DNA of 64,000 bases from Botryllus schlosseri (taxonomy: Eukaryota), in assembly GCA_051294905.1 (NCBI GenBank), contig CM119371.1, forward strand, positions 15,874,001-15,938,000, written 5' to 3'. The notes below the pieces were generated by a model. The model made no database searches. It was not told where the DNA came from and was given only the letters and a program-made list of their open reading frames with translations. The translations under genes and the position numbers were made by a program. Of this stretch, positions 1-9,863 are shown one piece after another. Position 1 is the first letter of the stretch. Each line of letters opens with the position of its first letter.

Positions 1-743
1 CTTCATTAGGCTATCATCCCATCACTTCTGTTACTTTATATTCAGTGTCCAACTGCCCATCCTACAAGGCTACAACGACATAAGTGCCTCTTTACACTGT
101 CTTATGGCTACAGGAAGTGTGGTGTCCGAATGTCCGGTTTCAACGACTACTAAATATCGTTTCAATACCTTCCAGTTTTTTCGTTCAATCGCAATCTTTT
201 CGTGTATTCGAAAGGATGAAATATCAACATACTGATTATCATCAGTTTGCTCCAGCATCACCTATCGCAAAGTATGTCCTAGCGGCACGAGCCTGCAGGC
301 TTGAATTCACCCGCTTATGTTTTTCCATCGTTTGTAATGATGACTCCGCGTGAATTGACGTAACCTATTGATTCAATAGGCATCATATTAATCACTCGCT
401 TATATTTGAATCAGTTTTGTAATGAACTAGAACGATCTAACCCCGTGCTCGAATGAAAGATTCGATACTTTCTGTCTTGGCAATTGGAAAATATGTATCT
501 TTTGAACGGATGGTAATGGGTGCTGAATGTAATGAATGGACCCTAACATTCCCCACCTCAACCCTAATAGTAATAATATCATATTATTAATCGTTGGGTT
601 ATATGTTTCATCTGAACAAGTCACACACAATGTACATGCGATAAGACAAAATGCGATGTAATGAGCAGATAGGAGGATGTCGAACGACACGCATGCAGTT
701 GCGATCCTTTTAATCTAATTTCCACCTCGGTCTAGACTCTAGA

Positions 744-833
744 GTGCCCGATGTCGCAGTTCTTTTCTATGTTGATCTTATCGAAGCCGTGCCCGATGTC
801 GCAGTTCATTTCGATGTTGATCTTATTGAAGCC
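744..833. repeat. 45-bp tandem duplication (2 copies)
   Basis: GTGCCCGATGTCGCAGTTC...GTTGATCTTAT(C/T)GAAGCC occurs twice head-to-tail with a few mismatches. Confidence 0.85.
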
Positions 834-904
834 GCGGTCCTTTCTACTAGTTCTTTCCATTCCTTGTGAGTGCTTTCTTTCGTTGGTCTTTTTTGTCTCC
901 GTAA

Positions 905-1010
905 GAGCGGCAACGGCGAGGGAAGAGGAGCCCACATAAACCTCCGACGGGAATCGAACCGGGTCCGCCAGATTGGTGGGCGCTTATCGTTACGACTACG
1001 CTATCTCCCC
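905..1010 (-). mobile_element. tRNA-derived SINE head plus shared central domain
   Basis: The minus strand reads GGGGAGATAGCGTAGTCG (A-box-like) ... GGTTCGATTCC (B box). It continues GGAGGTTTATGTGGGCTCCTCTTCCCTCGCC, similar to the SINE copies at 8521, 24846, 26790 and 37774. The acceptor and anticodon stems do not pair, so this is not a tRNA gene. Confidence 0.7.
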
Positions 1011-1011
1011 C

Positions 1012-1530
1012 TCCCCCAACCCTAATATTACTATCCACCAATCCTAACACTAATGTCCCCTCCGCCAACCCTAATATCCCCATCCACCAATCCTAACACT
1101 AATGTCCCCTCCGCCAACCCTAATATCCCCATCCACCAATCCTAACACTAATATCCCCTCCGCCAACCCTAATATCCCCATCCACCAATCCTAACACTAA
1201 TATCCCCTCCGCCAACCCTAATATCCCCATCCACCAATCCTAACACTAATATCCCCTCCGCCAACCCTAATATCCCCATCCACCAATCCTAACACTAATA
1301 TCCCCTCCGCCAACCCTAATATCGCCCTTTCCCCCACCCTAATACCCCCCACCCCAACCCTAATATCCCTATCCACCAATCCTAACACTAATATCCACCA
1401 ATCCTAACACTAATATCCCCTCCGCCAACCCTAATATCCCCATCCACCAATCCTAACACTAATATCGCCTCCGAAAACCCTAATATCCCCCTTTCCCCCC
1501 ACCCTAATACCCCCCACCCCAACCCTAACA
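1012..1530. repeat. 49-bp minisatellite built from CCCTAA/CCTAAC telomere-like words
   Basis: The unit ATCCACCAATCCTAACACTAATATCCCCTCCGCCAACCCTAATATCCCC starts at 1033, 1082, 1131, 1180, 1229 and 1278. Variant units continue to ~1530. Confidence 0.95.
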
Positions 1531-2231
1531 TTCGTCTTTCGAAAGGCACAAAAAAAAATATATTTTGACGTTTATAATTTTTTTTTCGTGTTCATGGAAA
1601 ACATTCATCGGTGATCATGGTGAACACTTTTCGATGTCTGACTGCCATCGAAGAAGTGCCGCCTAACTGCGTGTATGGAATCGGTGTCCTGTACTCATAC
1701 TATGTTTTATTTTTTATTAAATAACTTCAACTTGGAAAATCGTCGCTGCTCACCTGATATATCAGGCAAAACGTACCGAGATTCCAGTAGGGCTCAAGTG
1801 ATGTGGCTTCTGTCAGCCCCAGTTATTGATCCCGGGATCGTACAATATTTATGAAATTTACACCCGTAAGAAGATGATCCGGTACTACGAATATGAGCAG
1901 CTTTCAAAAATATACACTGGTACCGTGATACAGGTCTTATTTCGCCAAGTTGTTATGACCGTTCTGTGGTAAAGTTGATGCAAACATACTCTGAATCTAC
2001 TTGCTCTACAAAATATGAAATATAAGAAGTAGCCTACATATCTTAGCAGTGGAACTGTCTCTCAAGACTCTGTCATTACGATAACAGCGAAATGCATTGA
2101 CAATGGCGAACTGAAGTGCGTGTATTTCACGATATTATTATCGTACAAATCTAATTTTACTTTGGGAGCGTAAAGTGACCTGACGAACATAACGTTGGAA
2201 AAAACCAGATCTGGGTGGAAAAACGCAGGAA

Positions 2232-2432
2232 CAATGTTCCCTCTAAGTTGCGCATGTGCCCAATTGCGCAGTGCTGCCACGGTCTCTGCGCACAGAAAAT
2301 CTAAGCTGCGCACCAACAATCCAAAGAGATCACCTTTTTAAATTTTTTTAGTCGTTACGCGTTGTTGTCTGAGGGACCACGCAGTGAGTTGGTGAGTGCA
2401 GGCAGATTCGTGAAAGATTAGAGGGTACATTA
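2232..2432. mobile_element. hAT-type MITE, CAATGTTCCCTCTAA family
   Basis: TIRs are CAATGTTCCCTCTAA and TTAGAGGGTACATTA. Flanks CGCAGGAA/CCCAGGCA match 6 of 8. Same family as 20930 and 55475. Confidence 0.85.
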
Positions 2433-2599
2433 CCCAGGCATGTCTGGCAAGTGAGGCTACAAATTATTTCATGATAGGCTTGCTTGTTCAGAATATTGTA
2501 AGGTATCGATTGACAATAATGACCTGTGACTGTCGTATCGTCGATTTCAGCCTTGAAGTATTGTAGCAATAGAATCGATTGTAAAGTGTTGACTTTGAG

Positions 2600-4216
2600 A
2601 TGAAGATCGCTTACAAAACATCCAAAACTCACGGTGGCTGTCTGTTGCCAAAATTGAGAGCCAACGAGGAGTTTTCCGACGTCACAATAAGATGCGGACG
2701 TATCGAAGTTATGGCTCATAAATGCGTGCTGACCGCATCCACGGAATATTTTAGAGGGATGTTCTCGAACGACACTTACGAAGCCAACACCGGAATTATT
2801 GACTTCTCTTCCGCAATGACTCCTGAGGTGATGAGGCAATGCGTCGACTTCATTTATTTGGGAGCCGTGGAGATCTCTGCGTCAATAGCAAGAGGACTAC
2901 TTGATGCTGCGGAAATGCTGCAGTTGCCGGAACTGTCTAAACTGTGCGTCGAATTTCTGGCCGAAAACATAGATCTGACAACGTTTCCGGAAGTGATCAA
3001 CTTGTCCCGTCTGTATGATAAGAATGCTTTGAATGAGCCGATACTGAGCTTCCTTGATGACAATATAAAAATGCTTGTGAAGTCTCGCCGTATCGCGTCG
3101 CTCGATTACGAAACGATGGGTTATTGTTACGATTTGTTGCAACGCGCGTCTAAATCGTACGAGGTCTGGAAATGGTTCGGGTTGTTGATTTGGACACAAG
3201 GCAATCTCGAAGAAAGAAAGAACAAGTTTCCTGATCTGTTTCTAAAAATCGATCTACAGCGCATACCAGCGGCAACGGTGAAAAAGCATATTTGTCCAGA
3301 GAATTTAATTGATGGCTCGCTGAAATGCCTTCAACACATCCGCAGTTTCTTCGCAGGCAAGCAACCTCGCACTGAAAACAGAATATCGCCGATGAGTCAC
3401 ATCACTTCGATTAATAAAGCTACGAAAGTAGTTTATCAATACGATTTGCGCAATGAGATTTGGAGTAAGGCAGGCGAAATGCCAGCAACTGTTAGTCTAC
3501 ATTGCCAGGCAGTGGAATATCGCGGCATTCTGTATATTGGCGACAGTTCGTCTTTGCACGCCTTCAATGGGACGAAGTGGACCCGCCTGGCAGTAACGTC
3601 GGAAGACCCAAGTCACGATAGCGTGATGCAGTACAACCAGATTATTTGCACGGGACAGTTTGTGATATTGATCACCATTCGTTGCACTGTGCTATGGAAT
3701 ATTGAGTCTATGGAATTGCAAGAGGTGAATCACGAAAATATGAGGCTTACGAATGGATTTTTCGTTGCGTGCGATAAAAAGTCTGTTTACGTTTTGGGCG
3801 GAAGGGAAAGATACAATGATGCGAATGAACGCAATTCTGTTTCAAGAATGCTATTGCATGAGAAGAAGTATTCGCAATATCCGTCGATGATCAAGGGCAG
3901 AGCGTACGGGGCAGGCATTTGGTACAAGGATTTTCTGTACGCTCTCGGAGGTGTCACGTGTACAGTTGAATTCCTAAACGAAGACACAAGACAATGGCAG
4001 ATTTTGAATAATCTGGAAATACAATGTCGGCATGTCAAAGCGCACCTTGCCGACAAGTTGTATATTTTTGGCGGCGTGTTGGGGACTGATGTTAAAACTG
4101 TTGATCTACGTCAGCTGGATATCCCCGCGAAAGAGCTTCAACCCTCAAAGCGTAGTGCTGGCGATATGGAAGCGTGCTGCGCGTCGTATACCAAGTATAT
4201 CAAACTTTCCAAATAA
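2600..4216 (+). CDS. BTB-BACK-Kelch (kelch-like) protein, 538 aa, no introns in the CDS
   Basis: BTB motif FSDVTI...AHKCVLTASTEYFRGMFS...CVDFIYLG...AAEMLQL, a BACK-like region (LLIWTQGNLEERK...IDL), and Kelch-like repeats (VYVLGG, LYALGG, LYIFGG). Colinear with the paralogue at 59725-61335. Confidence 0.93.
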   Translation: MKIAYKTSKTHGGCLLPKLRANEEFSDVTIRCGRIEVMAHKCVLTASTEYFRGMFSNDTYEANTGIIDFSSAMTPEVMRQCVDFIYLGAVEISASIARGLLDAAEMLQLPELSKLCVEFLAENIDLTTFPEVINLSRLYDKNALNEPILSFLDDNIKMLVKSRRIASLDYETMGYCYDLLQRASKSYEVWKWFGLLIWTQGNLEERKNKFPDLFLKIDLQRIPAATVKKHICPENLIDGSLKCLQHIRSFFAGKQPRTENRISPMSHITSINKATKVVYQYDLRNEIWSKAGEMPATVSLHCQAVEYRGILYIGDSSSLHAFNGTKWTRLAVTSEDPSHDSVMQYNQIICTGQFVILITIRCTVLWNIESMELQEVNHENMRLTNGFFVACDKKSVYVLGGRERYNDANERNSVSRMLLHEKKYSQYPSMIKGRAYGAGIWYKDFLYALGGVTCTVEFLNEDTRQWQILNNLEIQCRHVKAHLADKLYIFGGVLGTDVKTVDLRQLDIPAKELQPSKRSAGDMEACCASYTKYIKLSK

Positions 4217-4739
4217 TGAGTATTTTCCAGTGCTTGAATCATGTATTTTTCGATGCCAAAGTTATAACGTGTAGCAGTAGCAGCACCACAAACGATAGCG
4301 ACATTGATGGTTAAGATTAGATAGTTCGGTGACGTGTAAATCAGGATTTGTCAGGTTCCGAAAGTAGGCGCGAACCAGCGTTTCAATGGAACCATGGTGT
4401 CCAGGTAAATAAGCTGTCAGCTACAAACTGGTTGGTTGGGATGCGTTAGTGGACAAAGAGGCACTGAGAGTTGAAAGTGAATCCAAATTGTAGGTCTTTT
4501 GGGGCAGATTTTATTTTTATTTTCTTCACTTTCTCCGCACTTCCCGCGTATAGTCCGTATTTGGCCCGCGGGCCGTAAAATGCCCAGGTCTGCCCTACGC
4601 TAATCTACAAGCCTTCGAGGAACCCCTAATATTCAGTGAGTCACAAAACAAAAGTCCACATGTGTGCATACCATATGTGTTATAATCTGTAGGACTACCA
4701 GTAAAGCTAGGCAGTCAGACTTGTACAAAATACCCATTT

Positions 4740-4950
4740 AGTTAGTTGATGGTCAACTAACTAACGGTTTTTTGAGTAGTTCTAGTTCTAGTCGCTGATT
4801 TTAAAAATTGAGTAGTTCTAGTTGTGGTTTTGAAAATTGGGTAGTTCTATATCTAGTTGCGGATTTTGAAAATCGGATAGTTCTAGTTCTAGCTGCGAGT
4901 TTCAAAAATTGAGTAGTTCTAGTTGCACATTTTGAAAATCCAGCAGTTTG
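4740..4950. repeat. (TAGTTC)n-rich array, probably a MITE subterminal remnant
   Basis: Units such as TTTTAAAAATTGAGTAGTTCTAGTT repeat. A related TAATTC/TAATC array lies at 14940-15170. Confidence 0.6.
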
Positions 4951-5621
4951 TACAAATCTGACTACAAAGTGATATGATATGTCAGAAAGATACTCAAGTA
5001 GTTGCACAAGGTAGATTTGGTCGACACGTTCTACAGTGTTAGGATGACTCGAGTCATGACTTGAGTCACTTTTTTCGTATGACTTGACTTGACTCGAGTC
5101 ACTTTGCTCAAATGACTTGACTTGACTTGACTCATCGCATCAGAAATGTGGATTGACTCGTGACTCGGAGCAAACTTCACGAGTCAATTTCAAGTCACCA
5201 AGCAATAGATGTCGATAAAATCACAGTATTTAGAATAAGCTTGGATTGTTCACGAAACGCTGGTGTAACCCGTGAGAGCGACCAATCATTCAATGATGGT
5301 ACGTTTTACTGAGCCTCCATTGTTCTCTTATAAATATATTGACCGTAAACGAAGTGATCGAAGCTAACAGCTTACGTTCTTGTTTTATTGAAATTGAATA
5401 TGAATATAGTTTATATAGCCCTCAACCATGGCGCAGGCTCGAATTGTATCATATCATATCAATTTGTAAATGGGTAATGTATTGCATCTTATCAATTCGT
5501 TTCTCTATGCTCTATTTTGGCTGGTAACTATAAACTGAGGCTATGCAATTGCTTACGTAGATTAACATTTCTACGTAGGCTATATGTGAGTGATACAGCG
5601 CCTTCTTGTACATTCAACTCT

Positions 5622-6769
5622 TAAATAGTATATTCATATTGAAATGAACCCGAATATTTTCGGCTGACACTCGTCAGGGGTAATCGTCAGCAACTAGTAG
5701 AGAATTGGAAAGAACATTGTATATCAACAATCGTATCACAAAATATGACGTCACCAGCATGAAATTTCGAATGAGAGAGCGTTCAATGTACTATTTTTAG
5801 GTGATACACGAACTCCTTTTGTTGACAGAGTTTTGGTTGGTGTATTTTGATAAAAGTTGATTCCAAGGCACACAAATGGAATTGTGAACGGCCTCGGCCT
5901 ACGATTCGGAATCGGTCGTCTCGATAATTATTCGCACAAATCGGATTATCCAACAGATGTTTGCCGATGGCAGAATTAATGGCTTTTGATCGATCAGCAT
6001 CAATCTTGAGTGGATGAGTTAAGGGTGAGCTTTTCACATCGCGTGACGCACGTGTTCTGATAAATCTGGGGACATGTTGGTTTATGCGGTCCTGCAGACG
6101 TCTTGACGTTCTTCCCACGTAGCCACAATCACAGTGGCACCTATATTCGTACACTACATTACTTTGTTGAAGTGCAGGAAGCACGTCTTTGCGTGTTGAA
6201 GGGAGCAGTTGTGTTGTTGTAAAAATCACATTGGTTTTGACTGTATCGTAACATTTACCGACAGCAGAAATCAATTGTTTTTCAAAGCGGGTGGAAATGG
6301 GGCCAATCCAAGGTAGATGGATATAAACATCTTTTATTGTTCGTGCGGTGGGCTCTGTTCGTTTTTCTGCGTTGAATTGCGTTAATTTCCTCTCCATGCC
6401 GCGGCTGATGACGTGTTCAGGGTAACCGTTATCAAGTAAGATTTTTCGGATGTAGTCAAGTTCTAAACTCAGTTTGTTACCCGAACATATCATCAGCGCT
6501 CTATGCACGAGTGTGCCTATGAGGTTAATTTTTCTGCGCCGAGGACTAAATGAATTCCAGCGAAGGTATTGGCCAGTGAATGTCGGTTTTCTGAAAACAG
6601 ACGTTTCAAATTTGTTGGTATTGCGCTTTTCAACTAATACGTCCAGAAATGATAATGAGTTATTGCGTTCTTTTTCTATTGTGAATTGCAAGGCCGGGTG
6701 AAGCGAGTTTAAGCGAATGAGAAATTGGTCACACTCCGATTCATTCCTGAAAATGACAAATGTATCATC
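5622..6769 (-). mobile_element. 5'-truncated Penelope-like retroelement
   Basis: Encodes the RT C-terminus plus a GIY-YIG domain and has a hammerhead motif in its 3' end. Flanked by a 13-bp direct repeat TACATTCAACTCT (5609-5621 and 6770-6782). Confidence 0.92.
5648..5691 (-). ncRNA. Minimal type I hammerhead ribozyme (Penelope-associated)
   Basis: The minus strand reads GCUGACGAUU-ACCC-CUGACGA-G-UGUCAGC-C-GAAA-AUAU-UC^GGGU. It has the canonical core CUGAnGA/GAAA/UH, stem I ACCC:GGGU and palindromic stem III AAUAUU. Confidence 0.8.
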
Positions 6770-6774
6770 TACAT
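5783..6774 (-). CDS. Penelope-like RT C-terminus/thumb plus GIY-YIG endonuclease (5'-truncated, open frame)
   Basis: Motifs VDDTFVIF, LNSLHPALQFTIEKE, LSFLDV, FRKPTFTGQYL, NGYP, and the GIY-YIG segment NVVYEYRCHCDCGYVGRTSRRLQDRINQH. The first ~16 aa of the ORF-track ORF come from the host MITE and TSD. Confidence 0.9.
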
Positions 6775-7819
6775 TCAACTCTATAATCGTACATCTGTTC
6801 AGAATCAATGACCACTTCATCTGTATTTCAAACAGCTATCAAAATGCAATGACATAAGCATGCCTCAAACTTCGAAAAGGCAACTTGACTTGAATTGTGA
6901 CTTGACTCGTGACTTGACTTGACTTGACTCGAGTCACCTTCGAAAATCGACTGACTTGACTTGACTCGAGTCAAAATGTGCAATGACTCGAAATGACTCG
7001 TGACTCGAAGGTAGTGACTTGATCCCAACTCTGACGTTCTATACATGTCGCGTGAATCAGAGGTGGCCAATTTAAAATCGAAGCTGTTGGATCGCGACTA
7101 ACACAGAATGACTTCCCGATACGCGACCCGGTACCCGTTATCGGTAGGCTGTTTCTATCTGGTTACTTCGTCCCTGCGTAGCAACAGAAGATATATCAAC
7201 ATCTCGAGTTTGTATGGTGTCAGGGTAATTGCCGTGTAGCTGTAGTGTAGAGATAAGACTGTTGGACAGGACAGTCATGAAATGAGATGCTATGTCAGTT
7301 TGGTGCTATGTGAGTTCGTCTCGAGGGCGTCGATCGTTTTGCTGTTCTCAAATCATGGAAGGACGCACCGCGCAGCATATTGTCTATCATGTGCAGTGAG
7401 ATGAATATAGGATCTCAGATAGCCGGAGATCAGCAAAATTATATTCTCGGCAGGATAATACTGAGCCGACTAGGTAATTTCAATTTCACGCGGACTTTCA
7501 AACTTGTGCTAGTGTAATAGGCCTACAAGAAGAAATTATTACGAACACACGGGTTCAACCTGTGTATCGCTAAAGTGCATCGCACTAGCTCAGTGGTTCT
7601 CAACCTTTTAGACCTCGCGGCCACCCGTTCAATGGGAAATAGCTCGCGGCACCCTAAACTGCTTAGTGCAGGGCCGGCCAACCCGTGGCCCGCGGGCCAA
7701 ATGTGGCCCGCGAGAAGGTTTTGATGGCCCGCGAGGTAATTTCCATAATTTCTAATATCATCAAAAATGGATTGCACAAATTGTGAACTTGCAAGGACAA
7801 CCAAAAATTTGATTAGTCT

Positions 7820-8293
7820 GGACTTGACTCGAGTCAATCTGTGTATTGACTCGACTTGGACTAGCATGACTCGAACCAAGTCATATGACTCGAGACTCAG
7901 ACGGCCAATACCAACATTTCATTGTAATTTCGAAGAATAGTAAAGTAACCACCCTATTGGGATTTCTTCTATTGGTATGGTACTTGAAAATGCGACCATA
8001 AACTGTTAAAAGTGAGGAAAATTAGTATATTATAAACGCGAATCATTCTATGACACCGAACAGAGTTATATAATTGGGTTTAACAAGACTTGGAACTGGA
8101 AACTGAGCAATCAACACGATGACTCAGACTCGGCGAGTCATAATACCATGACTCGGACTCGAACCTCTGCTCGATGACTTGGACTCGGACTTGACTCGGT
8201 GGTGATTGAGAATGACTCGACTTGACTCGAGTCAAAACTATGAAAGTGAGATTGACTTGTGACTCGGAGTCTTGTGACTTGGTTACAACCCTG
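7820..8293. mobile_element. GACTCGAGTC-family MITE, right part (end ...GGTTACAACCCTG)
   Basis: GACTC/GAGTC motif arrays, colinear with the element starting at 20690. Used as the reference for the split host in the inversion. Confidence 0.7.
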
Positions 8294-8612
8294 TTTTCTA
8301 CAAGCTTCGCGCAACATGTTGTCACTCGATTTCTTGTTTTTAATATTGTTGCCCCTTTGTGAAAATGAAAGAACGCCTAATGTATCAGATTGAGTCTAAC
8401 TATATTCGCGATTACGAGACAAAGTATCGTTCAACATATGCGACCTTGCGTTTGCGCTCGCAGTAAGACCGTCGACTTTGAAACCTAGGCACAAAACGAT
8501 TGACGCATTTCCTATACCCAAGTGTTGGAGGTTTATCTAGTCCCCTCCTCGCCACCTCATCCGCGTAAGCGGTGTCTTTCAAAAAGCCTAGAAGTGGGCC
8601 GTGCTATACGTC

Positions 8613-9430
8613 TAGGGTTACCATATTTTTGAAATCCAAATTCCGGACGCTCTTTATCGCCCACTAGCGGATTCCGAAATGAGGTATGAGCACATTGTGG
8701 ATCAATATGACGTTACGCTAGCAAAGCTTTGTCTATCGACTAGAGGTGGCCACGATCCGGTGCAAGAGTATGTGATTGTGTGTTGTAGGCTGTAACCAGG
8801 GCCGAAGCCACATTTTTCAGCCTCCTCCCGCCCAAATAAACACTGATCTTGCGCTTAATATATGGCTTATGCAAATACATATGGTTTCTATATGCATCAG
8901 GTCGTTAAATGATTTGAATGAATTATGTCAATAATATTGGTTCTTCCATATATTACTATATAATTTGATCCTCTCTCCGCCCATATGATCAGAGTTAGCG
9001 GTAGAGCAGGCGGAGGATGATGAATTCGAAAATGCAAGGAGCGTAATTGTACATCGTTAAGTCATGTCCAAACGGCCTAAACCGACTTTATGAACATACC
9101 GTTATCTTGAAATTGCGATAACAATTAGACTCATTTCTGTAACTGAAAGTTAATTTTGTTTATTTTTGATCGCAGTTTTGCGAGGGTGGTAGTCGATCTC
9201 CACCTTTAAACCAATATACATGATACTAAATCGCGCGCAGCGCGAATAAAATTTTCATGTAGCATAAATCTGCCCGAAAATAATACTGTTTATCTTGATT
9301 TAAGAAGAATTATGAGCTTATACTTCAAAATTCCGGACATTTAGGCATATTTTAGAAATTCCTCCCGGACGCAGTTTTAACAGTGAAATTCCGGACATGT
9401 CCGGGAAATTCCGGACGTATGGCAACCCTA
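8613..9430. mobile_element. Non-autonomous hAT (Blackjack/Tip100-like TIR TAGGGTT(A/G)CCATA)
   Basis: TIRs are TAGGGTTACCATA and TATGGCAACCCTA, with CCGGAC subterminal motifs. Direct repeat TGCTATACGTC (11 bp) at 8602-8612 and 9431-9441. Confidence 0.9.
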
Positions 9431-9863
9431 TGCTATACGTCGGCAGTTACGGAATATAAATGAAGAATATCGGCCTGGTGTAAATGACCAATGACCATAG
9501 TAGTCGACAAACACCAGTGGCGGCTCGTCCTATAGGGCAACTGGGGCATTGCCCCACCTAAAATTCTGTTCAATAACAGTTCTTTACCATAGACGCACAG
9601 CAATCTATATATACCGAAATCACAGCAAAAATCGTATTCTTCTTGTCCTTTCACTTGTAAATGCCCATATATATAGCGAAGTCTCTGCGAAAATCGAATT
9701 CTCTTCGTGTTTTCGCTTTGCAAATGCCTAGCCGGGGCATGCCCCGGTAGCGCTCATAACAAGCTTTCACTGTCTATTCTCTCAAAGCTGCGCACAATAA
9801 AGAAACAGTGATTTACTCTCTCCTATTCATAAAATGACCGAGCAACCGGGGCAACATAGCCTA

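Larger units (their letters stand above)
5034..7033. mobile_element. hAT-type MITE (GACTCGAGTC family) interrupted by a Penelope insertion
   Basis: Ends are CAGTGTTAGGAT and ATCCCAACTCTG. Perfect 8-bp TSD ACGTTCTA at 5026-5033 and 7034-7041. A Penelope-free relative lies in reverse orientation at 18404-19311. Confidence 0.9.

Noticed and set aside
70..470. Degenerate BTB fragment (AARTYF, minus strand) or Helitron end (CTAG plus TCGAAT/ATTCGA hairpin)
   Set aside because: The matches are too short and there is no second copy in the window to support either.
939..1010. Possible tRNA gene (also 24900-24965 and 26790-26850)
   Set aside because: A/B boxes are present, but the acceptor and anticodon stems do not pair and each runs into the shared SINE domain.
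1012..1530. True telomere or chromosome end
   Set aside because: The units are 49-bp composites with isolated CCCTAA words, not a pure (TTAGGG)n tract, and are flanked by ordinary sequence.
2348..3199. Short antisense or overlapping ORFs on the Kelch genes, and most other 60-150-aa ORFs in the track
   Set aside because: They are shadow frames of real CDSs or chance ORFs in repeats, with no recognisable domains.
2600..4216. Assigning a KLHL gene symbol or a poxvirus origin
   Set aside because: The proteins are too divergent to assign orthology by eye, and no viral genes lie nearby.
6775..6820. N-terminus MKWSLILNRCTIIELN of the 345-aa ORF as part of the retroelement
   Set aside because: It lies outside or within the 13-bp TSD and matches host MITE sequence at ~18675-18720.
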